Assembly: GCA_002269645.1 (NCBI GenBank) | Contig: NIVC01004351.1 | Location: 1 to 49,152 of the forward strand | Source of the DNA: Macrostomum lignano | Lineage: Eukaryota | Direction of reading: 5' to 3' | Length of the DNA: 49,152 bases | Shown here: positions 35,833 through 46,501 of the stretch, piece by piece | How the letters are laid out: the number at the start of each line of letters is the position of its first letter | Position numbering within the stretch: the first letter of the stretch is position 1 | Program-made: the position numbers and the translations under genes | The notes under the pieces: generated by a model | What the model saw: the letters and a program-made list of their open reading frames with translations, nothing else | What the model was told of the DNA's origin: nothing | Databases searched by the model: none

Positions 35833-36338
35833 TCAACGATTGGAGCCAGCTTGTCCAGCCGCAGGTGCTCCAGCCGCTGGCACAGGAAAATCTGGATTGG
35901 AGCCTTGGCCCTGTTGTCCTTGTCCTTGCTGCTGTTGTTGCTGCTGATTGCCGCCAGAGAATGAGCTGAACACGGCCGACAGAGCCTGTCTGCCTAGAAA
36001 CTCCTTAGCAACGCTTGATAGCTCTTTCTTGGCGCCGTATCTGCATCGAATATAGCCGTATAGATTGGCGCCATTCATCACAAATGCCACTATGACTGCC
36101 ATTATCCAGCGAATATTGAGGGTAATCAAAGCCACTATGAACATTAGCGACCACACTAGCTGGGTGCCGACCAGACTGAACCAGAATAGGCGGGACTCGG
36201 CTCGAGAAACCAGCTGTTCTGCACCGCGGCTTCGAGACTCGTACACCCAGTGACTCTTGCCCGACTCGTCTACGTAGTTCCACCAGCGCAGGCCTACAAG
36301 CTTGCGGCCCGTGATGTTCTTAACCTGCAATGGATAGA

Positions 36339-36375
<37 letters not shown>

Positions 36376-36395
36376 TGAAGGACAGACAGACTGAC

Positions 36396-36426
<31 letters not shown>

Positions 36427-36430
36427 CACT

Positions 36431-36482
<52 letters not shown>

Positions 36483-36486
36483 CACT

Positions 36487-36573
<87 letters not shown>

Positions 36574-36721
36574 GGACAGAGACAGACAGACAGACAGACG
36601 GACAGAGACAGACAGACAGACAGACGGACAGAGACAGACAGACAGACAGACGGACAGAGACAGACAGACAGACAGACAGACGGACAGAGACAGACAGACA
36701 GACAGACAGACAGAGACAGGC

Positions 36722-36753
<32 letters not shown>

Positions 36754-36827
36754 GGACAGAGACAGACAGACAGACAGACAGACGGACAGAGACAGACAGA
36801 CAGACAGAGACAGACAGACAGACGGAC

Positions 36828-36881
<54 letters not shown>

Positions 36882-37207
36882 GGACAGAGACAGACACCAA
36901 GACACTAAGACAGATAGACAGAATCGGATAGAGAATGACAGGATATAAAAAACACACAGATAGAGAAACTCACAGTCCAAAAATCCAAGGACAGCAGTAT
37001 GAGCACAAAGACAAAAGCTGTGATGAAGGAGTCTGTAAACAGCGAGCTGAGCAGGTAGAGCAGAAACGCTATCAGGCGGAACAGCAGGTGAGCACCGGCT
37101 GCCATGGGGTGGGGAAATCGCTTCGGATGCGGCGTCGGGTCGCCGAAAACGCCGCCCCCGGTGCCGTCGTCCATGGTCAGGGGAACCGAATCGCCGCTGG
37201 TCATCAT
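35833..37207 (-). CDS. TVP23: Golgi apparatus membrane protein TVP23 homolog, 2 exons (37207-36974, 36324-35833), about 241 aa
   Basis: Junction ACT|GTGAGT ... TTGCAG|GTT gives HLLFR...[38 protein letters not shown]...NGANLYGYIRC, diagnostic of TVP23/FAM18. Confidence 0.95.
36333..36920. repeat. (GACA)n/(GATA)n microsatellite filling the TVP23 intron
   Basis: Direct inspection. Confidence 0.95.
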
Positions 37208-38275
37208 GGCTGGCTCTGTGTGAACTCCGGATATGTGGAGCTGCTATTGCATGAAAAATCATAATTATTTTTTCTTCGTGATTCAACGCGATTTGCGACT
37301 CAAATTTTCTGTTTCAGCTTAAGATCTGGGATCTGGGACCAACAAAGTGGCCAAGAAGTATGAATAACTAAGGGTGATAATCTCGTAATGGTTGGCCTAA
37401 TAAGCAACTGATAGCCCAGACGTTTGTCGTGTATAAACCATTGTAAAAAGGAAGTAGGCAAAGACTTTTAGAGTTGCTTAAGCGATCAAATTTGGCACCA
37501 GAGTATGCCAAGAAATATAAGATAAATAGATTGTTAATTTTAAAAACTTTGACACAATTTGACACAAGCCAAACAGTTAAAAGGCAAAAAAGTTAGGAAA
37601 ATTGTATAGGTTCCGATCTAGAACTCTTCGCATTAACATTTTTATATTTGCTAAGCTAGATAAATAGTTTTAACCACAGCTGCTGCAACTGAGCTACATC
37701 TACACAACAGTGAGCACACAAAGGAATGGCTTTCATCTCTCTCTCATCTTTGTACACACGCCTGCATTTACATCACTGGTGCAAAGCTCAGCAGGTATTA
37801 CTTCGAGCTGCCAGGAAGCGCGGAGCTCACATTACGAGAACAGCTTCAGCAGAACAACGAAAGCTGCGACGCCTGTTATTCGCTAAAGTATAGGTTGCCT
37901 TTTGTTTGAGGCTTAAACTGCTGCTCATACTGCTGTTTTTAAACTGTTCTAGTTTGCGTTGAATGTTCACAATTAATATCAACATTTTCATGTTGCTACA
38001 GCTGCAAATATACAATCGGGACCTTCTGTCCATAAAAATATTTCCCCTCGAATAAACGTACAAAAAGGTGACTACTTCTCAAATTTCAGTTCTTCTTATC
38101 TCTTCTTCACCTCAGTAGTGTCTATGGTTTTATATTTTGGCTTTCGATTTGGAAGCTGATTGAGCATTCTGGTGTATTCTGTGGTTTTAACTAGGAAATA
38201 AATGGCAGTGCACTACGTCATTGACTAATGCTCTTAGCCTCTATTAATGGTAGATTAATATATAAGCAAATATAT

Positions 38276-38552
38276 CTCAGCAACATCGAAAAGGCGCCAT
38301 CACAGAACATTCCATCGGTGGTCGCCACTTCTGAGAGTGCAGGCAAAGTCTCTCAATCTTTGCGAGTGACGCAACTTAGCTACGCCACGCGACAGACTGG
38401 AGTTGAGGAATGAAAGTGGGGGGAGCGGTGTGCGAGGGTTAGATGGATTAATAAAGCTACCCCAATCAGTTTTATCGTATTCTTTATTTCAGAACAGTCC
38501 AAGAGAAATTGCTCACTGGCGCATAGAGTGGCGACTTTTCCATGTTGCTGAG
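38276..38552. mobile_element. TA-flanked MITE, copy 2 of the 28172-28444 family
   Basis: Same TIRs and colinear internal sequence; the left flank reads TATAT rather than a clean TA. Confidence 0.8.
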
Positions 38553-39443
38553 TATAAGTACATTGCATAGGTGTAACACGCAGGTAGTGCAAGAATAAAC
38601 GAAGGCCCCATGAGGCAGTTCGTGCTTTATTAATGCAGGTTAAAGTTGAATCAGCGATGTACATAGAGAGGGTGAACGTACATCAATTAAAAGCGATACA
38701 ATTATTCAGCAAAATATCGGTAATAGTTCAATGCTACTAGTTCATTAACTGTCACTAAGGCAATGAATAAAACTATCACATAAAGTACATTGGCAACCGT
38801 TTTAAGCCTCTCACTTGCTCATTAAACAGAAGTGGCCGTACATGTAGACTATAGGACTGAGGAGCAGAAAAGCTAGAATATGGATGATCCCTAGAAGATA
38901 GGGATGGCTTGGGCCATAGCCTTTAGAACTGAGGAGCAGAAGAGCCTGAGAATAGGGGCTGATTTAGGGACTCGAAAATAGCTGAATCAAAGCTGCTAAG
39001 AGTTCCCACATTCCCAGCATTCCCAGCATTCCTAAAGTTATGCGTAGCCCCCCTCCCAAGCGATAGAAACAAATTTGTCTAATGACTCAAAGCGAGGAAA
39101 ACCGCTGTTTGATGAGCGTTGGCAAAATAAATTATTAGTAATCCATAATTCAGAATGGTAATATTTGAGTAAATACTAAAATTTTTTAACTAGACTACAG
39201 CAAAATTGCAAAAAATCACTTAGCTTTTTTGGAGCTGAGCAAAATGTGAGTAACGGCACCGTTTCTTAAAATTTGATCTAAATAACATTTAAAACATTGG
39301 TTAAAACAGGTTCATGCTTTTCAAATAGGAAACAATCATTTATAATAATAAATTTACAATAAATAACAAACAATAACAATAAATTTTTAATCAAAAGTAA
39401 TGATTTTAATAAAAAGTCAAAACAAGTCAAATCGAATTCAAAG

Positions 39444-41024
39444 TCAATGTTTCATCTGCATTTTAGCCAGAGCACTTGCAACATCCAAGACAGGTTTTGT
39501 CTGCTGCTCTATATGCTTCTGTGGGATCTCCATGGTAAATTTCGGACGAAAATTTGGTCGATCTTCGAACAAACCATTAAACTTGGATTCGCATTTTTTG
39601 ATATTGTCATAGCACCATTGATGCACAGATGTTTCATTCGTATCTTGCTGTTTAATACGAATTTCTAGATCAATTTCTTCCGCGTTTAGTTCTATTAGGC
39701 TAAATTGAAGACTCGCTGTGCAAGGTTGTCCGGTTTGAGTGGCAAGTGTGTTTAGGTCGTGCAGATGACACTCAATGGTACTCCGTAGATTACGCATATT
39801 AGCGTCGTTAAATTCCGTTCCAGTAATTTTAAAGAAAATTGCAGGATCGGTACGCGGGATGCTACGGCCGATAGAAGGATCTTCTGAGACTGTAGGCACG
39901 GCAGGAGGAATGTCGGGTCGGGCCTCATTATTTGCAGCAACCGGACGCCGAGGAACATTCGGTCCATATAAGGGTTCCCAATCTTGAATATTCATGTCAT
40001 TCAGAATGCCTTTCAGTTCTTCATTAGCTTTCTGGGCACTGATTCTCTCTGAGGGACCCTTCGTCAACAATTTTTCAAGCAGGCTCCTAGTTCTCCGCCG
40101 ACATTCTTCATTAAATGCATCAGAGCCTTCAAATGTGCACATATTTAGATATAGCACTTTCCAACCCTCACTGAAGAATTCCAATTTAGTCTCAACCGAT
40201 TCATCACTCTCTGTAGGATCTTCGACGTCGTCAGATCTTCCAATTTTATTAGGATGAGATCGAAACAGTGACTCAATGCAGACCATACCAAAGGAATAAC
40301 AGTCCGCAGCAGTAGTGTAATCTTCACCGTTGGCAACTTCTGGAGCTCTCCAATAAGGAGTTCCGACGCCCCTGGTCATTGGCTGTTCTACTGGCTTGCT
40401 GATACCAAAGTCTGAAAGCTTGCAGTTTCTTCCTTCATCAAACAGCAAAATGTTACAGCCTTTTAGGTCCCTATGAATGATATTATGCATTTTGCCTTCG
40501 AATTGAATTCCGCCGTGCAGGTAAGCCAACGCATCAGCGATTTGTTGCATGAAACGAATAAAATGGCCAAAGGAGTAGGGGCCTTCAGGTACAGTGGCAA
40601 CACTTGTGTCTAACAATAAATTATAAAGGTTGCGGTCGGCAAGCTCCATCAGAAACAGCGGTGTGTAAGATTCAAGTTCATCGGAATATCCCATAAACTT
40701 CCAAGCAGAGACAATTCTCTTGTGCGCTTCATTAGTTTGGGGGGACTTGTGCGCTTCATTAGTTTGGGGGGACTTGTGCGCTTCATTAGTTTTGGGGGAT
40801 TTAAAACTGCTCAGAAGCTTGTATTCGCGACGGAATATTTGTAAGTCTTTAGCTACATCACTAGCTGATCTAATTTGATTTTTTGCGAACGACTTTATAG
40901 CCAATTTGATTGTTTCACGAGAACCATTATTATTATATTTTACGAAGCAAGAGAATACTCCGTGACGTGTGTTGATAGGTTCGATCGTTTCTTTTAAAAC
41001 GTCGATGTCGGAATTCGACCCCAT
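39444..41024 (-). CDS. Intronless Ser/Thr or TKL-like protein kinase with an unrecognised C-terminal domain, about 526 aa
   Basis: Motifs LAIK, RREYKLL, HRDLKGCNILL, DFGIS, GTPYWRAPEV, DCYSFG and RISA. The first ATG (MGSNSD) is at 41024; the ORF track starts 9 codons earlier at TTG. Confidence 0.85.
   Translation of the reverse strand: MGSNSDIDVLKETIEPINTRHGVFSCFVKYNNNGSRETIKLAIKSFAKNQIRSASDVAKDLQIFRREYKLLSSFKSPKTNEAHKSPQTNEAHKSPQTNEAHKRIVSAWKFMGYSDELESYTPLFLMELADRNLYNLLLDTSVATVPEGPYSFGHFIRFMQQIADALAYLHGGIQFEGKMHNIIHRDLKGCNILLFDEGRNCKLSDFGISKPVEQPMTRGVGTPYWRAPEVANGEDYTTAADCYSFGMVCIESLFRSHPNKIGRSDDVEDPTESDESVETKLEFFSEGWKVLYLNMCTFEGSDAFNEECRRRTRSLLEKLLTKGPSERISAQKANEELKGILNDMNIQDWEPLYGPNVPRRPVAANNEARPDIPPAVPTVSEDPSIGRSIPRTDPAIFFKITGTEFNDANMRNLRSTIECHLHDLNTLATQTGQPCTASLQFSLIELNAEEIDLEIRIKQQDTNETSVHQWCYDNIKKCESKFNGLFEDRPNFRPKFTMEIPQKHIEQQTKPVLDVASALAKMQMKH
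40719..40799 (-). repeat. 27-bp in-frame triplication (TNEAHKSPQ) inside the kinase N-lobe
   Basis: CTTGTGCGCTTCATTAGTTTGGGGGGA x3 seen directly. Confidence 0.9.
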
Positions 41025-41249
41025 TGTAACTGCAGTTTTAAACTTGTTCAATAGAGTGCTTCGAAATTTTAAATCTTCGAGATTCTCATGGGAGCAAAAG
41101 GTTCAGTTATTTATTTAATTAAAAAAACTAGACCTATCTTTAAAAAACTAGTGAACTATTCGATGAAAAATATATGTATCGGTAAAAAAGGATGATATAT
41201 TAAAATAATACGATGACATTCAAAACTTTGGGGAAAAGTTATCTGCGCG

Positions 41250-41506
41250 GATCTGGGAGGCTGGCCCAGCAACTGAGGATCTGGGAGGCTGGCTCAGCAA
41301 CTGAGGATCTGGGAGGCTGGCACAGCGACTGAGGATCTGGGAGGCTGGCTCAGCAACTGAGGATCTGGGAGGCTGGCACAGCAACTGAGGATCTGGGAGG
41401 CTGGCTCAGCAACTGAGGATCTGGGAGGCTGGCCCAGCAACTGAGGATCTGGGAGGCTGGCCCAGCAACTGAGGATCTGGGAGGCTGTCCGAGCAACTGA
41501 GGATCT
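41250..41506. repeat. 28-bp dispersed minisatellite family, copy C (about 9 units)
   Basis: Same unit as copies A and B. Confidence 0.95.
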
Positions 41507-41789
41507 CGGAAGCGGTAGCCTGGTAACTGGGAATCTGATAGGAAAACCCATAAACTTGTAGATTTTAATAACTACACTGGCTAGTAATAGAATCTCCTAA
41601 AAAAGCACCGAAGAAACAAGTAATTATAGAGAAATTCTTAATCTTACTTGCATTTATATTATTGATAAAATAACCCTTACAACCTTAAATTATCTTGCAA
41701 CTATGATTTAAATAAATCGTACGTACAAGTCGGAGGTAAAAGAAATGACAATAATCGTGACGTATTCTAAGAAACACTGCATCATTTTA

Positions 41790-43902
41790 TCAATTATTCT
41801 GGTGATCAGCAGATGAGGCTGGCGACGGAGTGGCAGAGTATTGCACCAGACAGCCACCAAAGGCATCGTCTTCACCGGCAGCTTGGGCATTTCTGACGAC
41901 CGGCGCAGTCGGCGAAGCATTCATCATCGAGGATATCGCCAAAGCATCCGCCGTCAAGGATGTCGCCGAAGCACCCACCGTCGAGGATGTCGCCGAAGCA
42001 CCCACCATCGAGGATGTCGCCGAAGCACCCACCGTCGAGGATGTCGCCGAAGCACCCACCATCGAGGATGTCGCCGAAGCACCCACCGTCGAGGATGTCG
42101 CCGAAACATCAACTATCGAGGACATCGCCGAAGCATTCACCTTCGAGGACGTCGCCGAAGCATCCATCTTTGAGGACGTCGCCGAAGCATCCACTGTCGA
42201 TGCCGAGGCATCCGCCGTCGAGGACGCCGCCGAAGCATCCACATCCACCTTCCAGGACGTCACCGAAGCATCATCACGTGACCTGTTTCGCCGAAAAGTA
42301 CCTCCAACAACGACGCCCATCATTCGCCGATTCTGACCAGTCCGTCGTTTCAACTCCTCCGGCTCCGCAGCCCTAGCCGACTTAAACGCCGAACAACCCG
42401 ACTTTTTGTACTCTTCCTCCGAATTGGCATCGGCACTAGCGACTCGTTTAGTCGGTCTGACAGCATCAACTGGAGCAACACCGCCCATCCGCAGCAGTTG
42501 AGCTCCGACTTCATCAGCCGACGATTCGGGCAACAATTCCAACGAGCCGCCAGTCAGCGAGTGTCTGGCAAGCAACTCTGCATCGCTGGCAGACTGGGCG
42601 GCCAGTCGCTTGCGTTCCTGGCGTAGGCCGGCTCGGACCAGACGATTCAACTGGATGTCAGCGGCGCCGCGAGCACCCGCATCGACGGCTAAAGCGGCGA
42701 GTCGAGGCGCGCTTTCTTCTCCGCGCTGTTCGTCGGATTTACCGTGCTCTAGTTTGTACATAGCATCGGTTGCTAAGCGACGCTTTGTCTCGCCGTCCTC
42801 CGGCGCGATTTGACCATTCTCTGTTGGATCCCAGCGTTGCTCTTTTCGGCGAGCCCCGGATACGATGACGTAATCAAAGTTGGCGGGATCTGTGCGGATC
42901 AGATACCTAGAATGATGAGTGTGGGTCAGTCAGGTTATAAACACTACTGATCTCTACTTTGATTAAATGGGGACAACATAATTGACCCCTGTCTGTGATT
43001 AAATTTTGACCCCCTACTGTGATTAAATGGGAACAATTGATACCCTCCTGTGATCGATTGGGGACAATTGAACCCCCCCCGCTACTGTGAAAAAATGAGG
43101 ACAATTGACCCCCACTACTGTGATTAAATAGGGACGATTGACCCTCCCAGCTAGTGATTAAATGGGAACAATTGACCCCTACAGTGATTAAATGGGGACA
43201 ATTGACCCCCAATAGTGAAAAATGGGGATAATTGACCCCCACTACTGTGACTAGATTGCAACAATTGACATCCTTCTGCGGTCGATTGGGGACAACTGAC
43301 CCCTGTCTGTGATTAAATTTTGACCCCCTACTGTGATTAAATGAGGGCAATCGACCCCTAATGTGATTAAATGGGGACAACTGACCCCCAATAGTGAAAA
43401 AATGGGGATAATTGACCCCATTACTGTGATTAAATCGGAACAATTGACCCCCACTACTGTGATCAAGTGGGGACAGTTGAACCCACTACTGTGATCAAGT
43501 GGGGACAATTGACCCCCTACTGAGATCAAACAGGGACAACTGACTCCCTCGAAATAAATGCAGTTAACTAAAATCTCTTAAGCAATAAAAAGCAAATTAA
43601 CCAATAACAAACCTCTGATCGCACAGGTGACACTTCATATTAAACTCGTACACAGGTGTACTATAGTACATGCCGACCTTTTTCTTCTCGGCATTGTACC
43701 TGACACCCATAGCAACGTGTCTACCGCAGCCGCCGCACCAGATATTATAGGGCATCTCGAACCGGATAACAATAACGCCTTGACCGATCTTCTTAGCTCG
43801 TTCGCGCAGAGCGTGAGTGCCATGATATGCGTCTAAGCTGCGATGCACCCGAGGATCAAAGTCTGGCGGATAATATTTGTTTGTACCTTTGCGTTCTCCC
43901 AT
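41790..43902 (-). CDS. CCDC130: Splicing factor CCDC130/YJU2B (CWC16 family), 2 exons (43902-43613, 42906-41790), about 468 aa
   Basis: MGERKGTNKYYPPDFDP...IRFEMPYNIWCGGC...MGVRYNAEKKKVG.YY.TPVY.F.MKCHLC. Junction AG|GTTTGT ... TTCTAG|G gives CDQRYLIRTDPANFDYVIVSGARRKEQRWD...TDAMYKLEHG. Confidence 0.95.
41935..42260 (-). repeat. 27-bp coding minisatellite (ATSSTVGAS/ATSSMVGAS) in the CCDC130 C-terminal region
   Basis: Unit GAGGATGTCGCCGAAGCACCCACCGTC on the plus strand, in frame within exon 2. Confidence 0.9.
42945..43545. repeat. About 33-bp degenerate minisatellite (CTGTGATTAAATGGGGACAATTGACCCCCACTA) in the CCDC130 intron
   Basis: Direct inspection. Confidence 0.9.
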
Positions 43903-43966
43903 GGTAACTATATATCAGCGAATTCCACGACCGATTTAGTGCCCTCTCGCTGTTCAGGCAGGTACG

Positions 43967-43990
43967 CTGAAAAAGTAAAAAACTAATAAT
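43967..43990 (-). promoter_or_regulatory. Candidate unpaired 3' splice acceptor (TTTTACTTTTTCAG) 64 nt upstream of the CCDC130 ATG
   Basis: U-rich tract plus CAG, with no upstream exon evident in the 540-nt gap to the NOC4L stop. Confidence 0.5.
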
Positions 43991-44039
43991 TAATTTTTTT
44001 GTAGAAAAATTGGCTCTATTTGAATTTCACACCTTAATA

Positions 44040-44300
44040 ATCTTTATCGCTAATTATTTACACCTGTAGTTGTTTTTATCGCCAATTATTCTCACCTCAG
44101 CCCTCTTTATCGCTGATTATTCACACCTTTTGTCATATTTATCGCTAATTATTCCCACCTTTAGTCATCTTTATCGCTAATTATTCTCATTTTTAGTCAT
44201 ATTTATCGCTAATTATTTTCACCTTAGCCATCTTTATCGCTAATTATTTACATATTTAGTCATCTTTATCGCTAAGTATTCACACCTTAGTCATCCTTAT
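44040..44300. repeat. About 33-bp degenerate minisatellite (TTTATCGCTAATTATTCACACCTTAGTCATC) between NOC4L and CCDC130
   Basis: Direct inspection. Confidence 0.85.
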
Positions 44301-44505
44301 TACAAATTATCCAAACTTAATTAGTGAACCAATTAAACAATTACCAAATCAGAACGGTTTTGTCCACAAATTCTAAACCAGTTGAAAATTAGCAGTTGGA
44401 AAAATTGGAAAATGCACGAATAAATGTATTTTGCAAACAAATTTATTCTGAAATAGTCACGATCAGTAAGAGCACAGAAACTGAGACAGACTCTCGGTGA
44501 TACAG

Positions 44506-46501
44506 TTAACACCATCCATCCAGTTGCTTCAACAGCTCGTCTCCGTCAACAGCTGGGTCGACTTCTTCGTCGCTAGCGTAGCCAGATTCTTTCAAAGCTT
44601 CCGCCTGTTTCAGACAGTCAGGCAGAAGATCCTCGCACACCTGGTCCCAGTCGCGTTCGACCACCTGTGGGACGAGAGAGAGAGTGAAGTTTAAACTCTA
44701 CTTGCGCATCGATTATGAAATTTTCGTGTTATTTTTGGTGTCAAACAATTGAAGCCATTACAGAAAATCTTTCAAGACTTTCTAAATCCCTTTAGGCTCT
44801 TTCCGAATCCCATTAGGCTTTTCTAGAATCCAATTAGGCTCCTTCCGAATCCCTTTAGGCTCTTTTCAAATCTCATTAGGCTCTTTCTGAATCCCTTTAG
44901 GCTCTTTTCAAATCTCATTAGGCTCTTTCCGAATCCCTTTAGGCTCTTTTCAAATCTCATTAGGCTCTTTCCGAATCCCTTTAGGCTTTTTCCGAATCCC
45001 AATGGCTCTTTCCGAATCTCAATAAACTCTTTCCGAATCCCATTAGGCTCTTTCCAAATCCCCTTAAGCTCTTTCCTAATCCAATTCAAAGGCTCTTTCC
45101 GAGTTCAATTAGGCTCTTTCGGAATCTAATTAGGCTTTTTTCGGAATTCCATTAGGCTCTTTTTGAATCCAACTAGACTATTTCCTAGTTCAATTAGGCT
45201 CTTTCCGAATCCCACTAAGCTCTTTCCAAATTCCCTGACGCTCATTCCGAATCCCATTAAAGACTCTTTCCGAATATCTTCAACTCTAAAGTTTAAACTG
45301 TTTCCAATAACCTCACCAAAAATCTCACCTGTTTGTCGCAAAAATCTTCCACAACAGACAGAGCCCTATTGATCTTTTTAGCCATCTGTCCAACCGACAG
45401 TTCCCAATGCCGCTGCAGAACTCTCAGCTCCCATAGCGAATATCCAGGCGAAGCGGCTTCAGCTTCGGTCAGACTGATTGACATGCTAAACTCATTTGAA
45501 CCGCCTGAACCATTCAGCTTCTCGTTAGCCTCTTTAACGTCCTCATCGTCTTCAGCCTGCCTATGCACCAGATACTGACACTTCTTATGACGTCGGAGCA
45601 GGTTCAACACTAGGCCAATCAGCATTGGCTGACAATAACACGGCGCCAACAGGCACAGACTCGCTAGTCTCTTAGCAAACGCGGCAATTCTAGCCGTGGA
45701 AATATTCGTAGCCGTCAAGATAAGATCTAACTGACGATAGAATCGGCCACGATAAGGCGACATCAAGCCGCTTAACGACACCAGCTGGTACAGTCGATCA
45801 AACAGAGGACCATAATCTAGAGAATAGTTGAACACCAGATGAAATACGCAAGGAGTTGCGGCCATGCCAACTTCAACGTTGTTGCTTTCGAAAGCGGACA
45901 TAATGAAGTCGGCTAGTTGCATAGCATTAGTCAGCAGGCCTAATACACGATCATTTAGCAGCACTAGCAGACTGCATAACTGCTTGCTCTTATTGCTAAC
46001 TGGCAGTGGACAATCTAGATAGCGACGCCACAATTTGCCGTACTGTTTACGCAACTGACTAATAGACATTAGTTTCTTCTGCAATTGACTATAGAATTCC
46101 GATTGTTTCGACCAGAAACTGTGACAGCGACTGTCCGATTCTGGTTGAGTCTTCTGCAATAGCAGACGATCCTGCCGAGTTAGCCGTTTAGGAAAATTGA
46201 ACGCAAGTAGGAGACGCTCAATATTGGCGTGACGAATTCTGTAGTTAATACTTTCTAACTTATTACTACTAGTAGCTAGCTTTCTTAATTCCGCGTCAAG
46301 AACTTGCATGCACATTAGGGAGACGTCTGAATAAGCCAGATACGGCTGTAGCTCAGATACCAATGCAGTCTGTTCTTCCTCATCTTGACAGCTGATTAAC
46401 CAGCCTATAGGATCTTCGAAATCGGCTCGTCTTGGAACTGACTGCTGAATCTGTTGCCAGTTCAACAAGTTGGAAGGATTTTTAGTTGACGATAATGACG
46501 C
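44506..46501 (-). CDS. NOC4L: Nucleolar complex protein 4 homolog (CBF/Mak21 domain); exons about 46501-45329 and 44664-44506; no ATG at the 5' end
   Basis: LDYGPLFDRLYQL...YRGRFY...AAFAKRLASLCL.AP...NLLRRH..C..LVHR...SLWELRVLQRH matches NOC4. The last exon (not in the ORF track) follows CAG|GTGAGA ... CCCACAG|GTG and reads VVERDWDQVCEDLLP...LDGWC*. The 5' boundary is inferred from an in-frame CTGCAG acceptor. Confidence 0.88.
44780..45255. repeat. 21-bp minisatellite (CCGAATCCCTTTAGGCTCTTT) with a 42-bp dimer, NOC4L intron
   Basis: Direct inspection. Confidence 0.9.

Noticed and set aside
35833-37286. 374-aa and 330-aa ORFs with SVCL repeats
   Set aside because: These are read-through of the (GACA)n intron; the real product is the spliced TVP23.
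37827-38200. Short minus-strand ORF fragments between the kinase and TVP23
   Set aside because: Interrupted by stops, with no recognisable family; a decayed gene cannot be excluded.
41830-42376. Plus-strand ORFs (EDVAEAPT, SPKHPPSR repeats) antisense to CCDC130
   Set aside because: They are shadows of the 27-nt coding repeat, which lacks stops in these frames; the minus-strand frame is continuous with conserved CCDC130.
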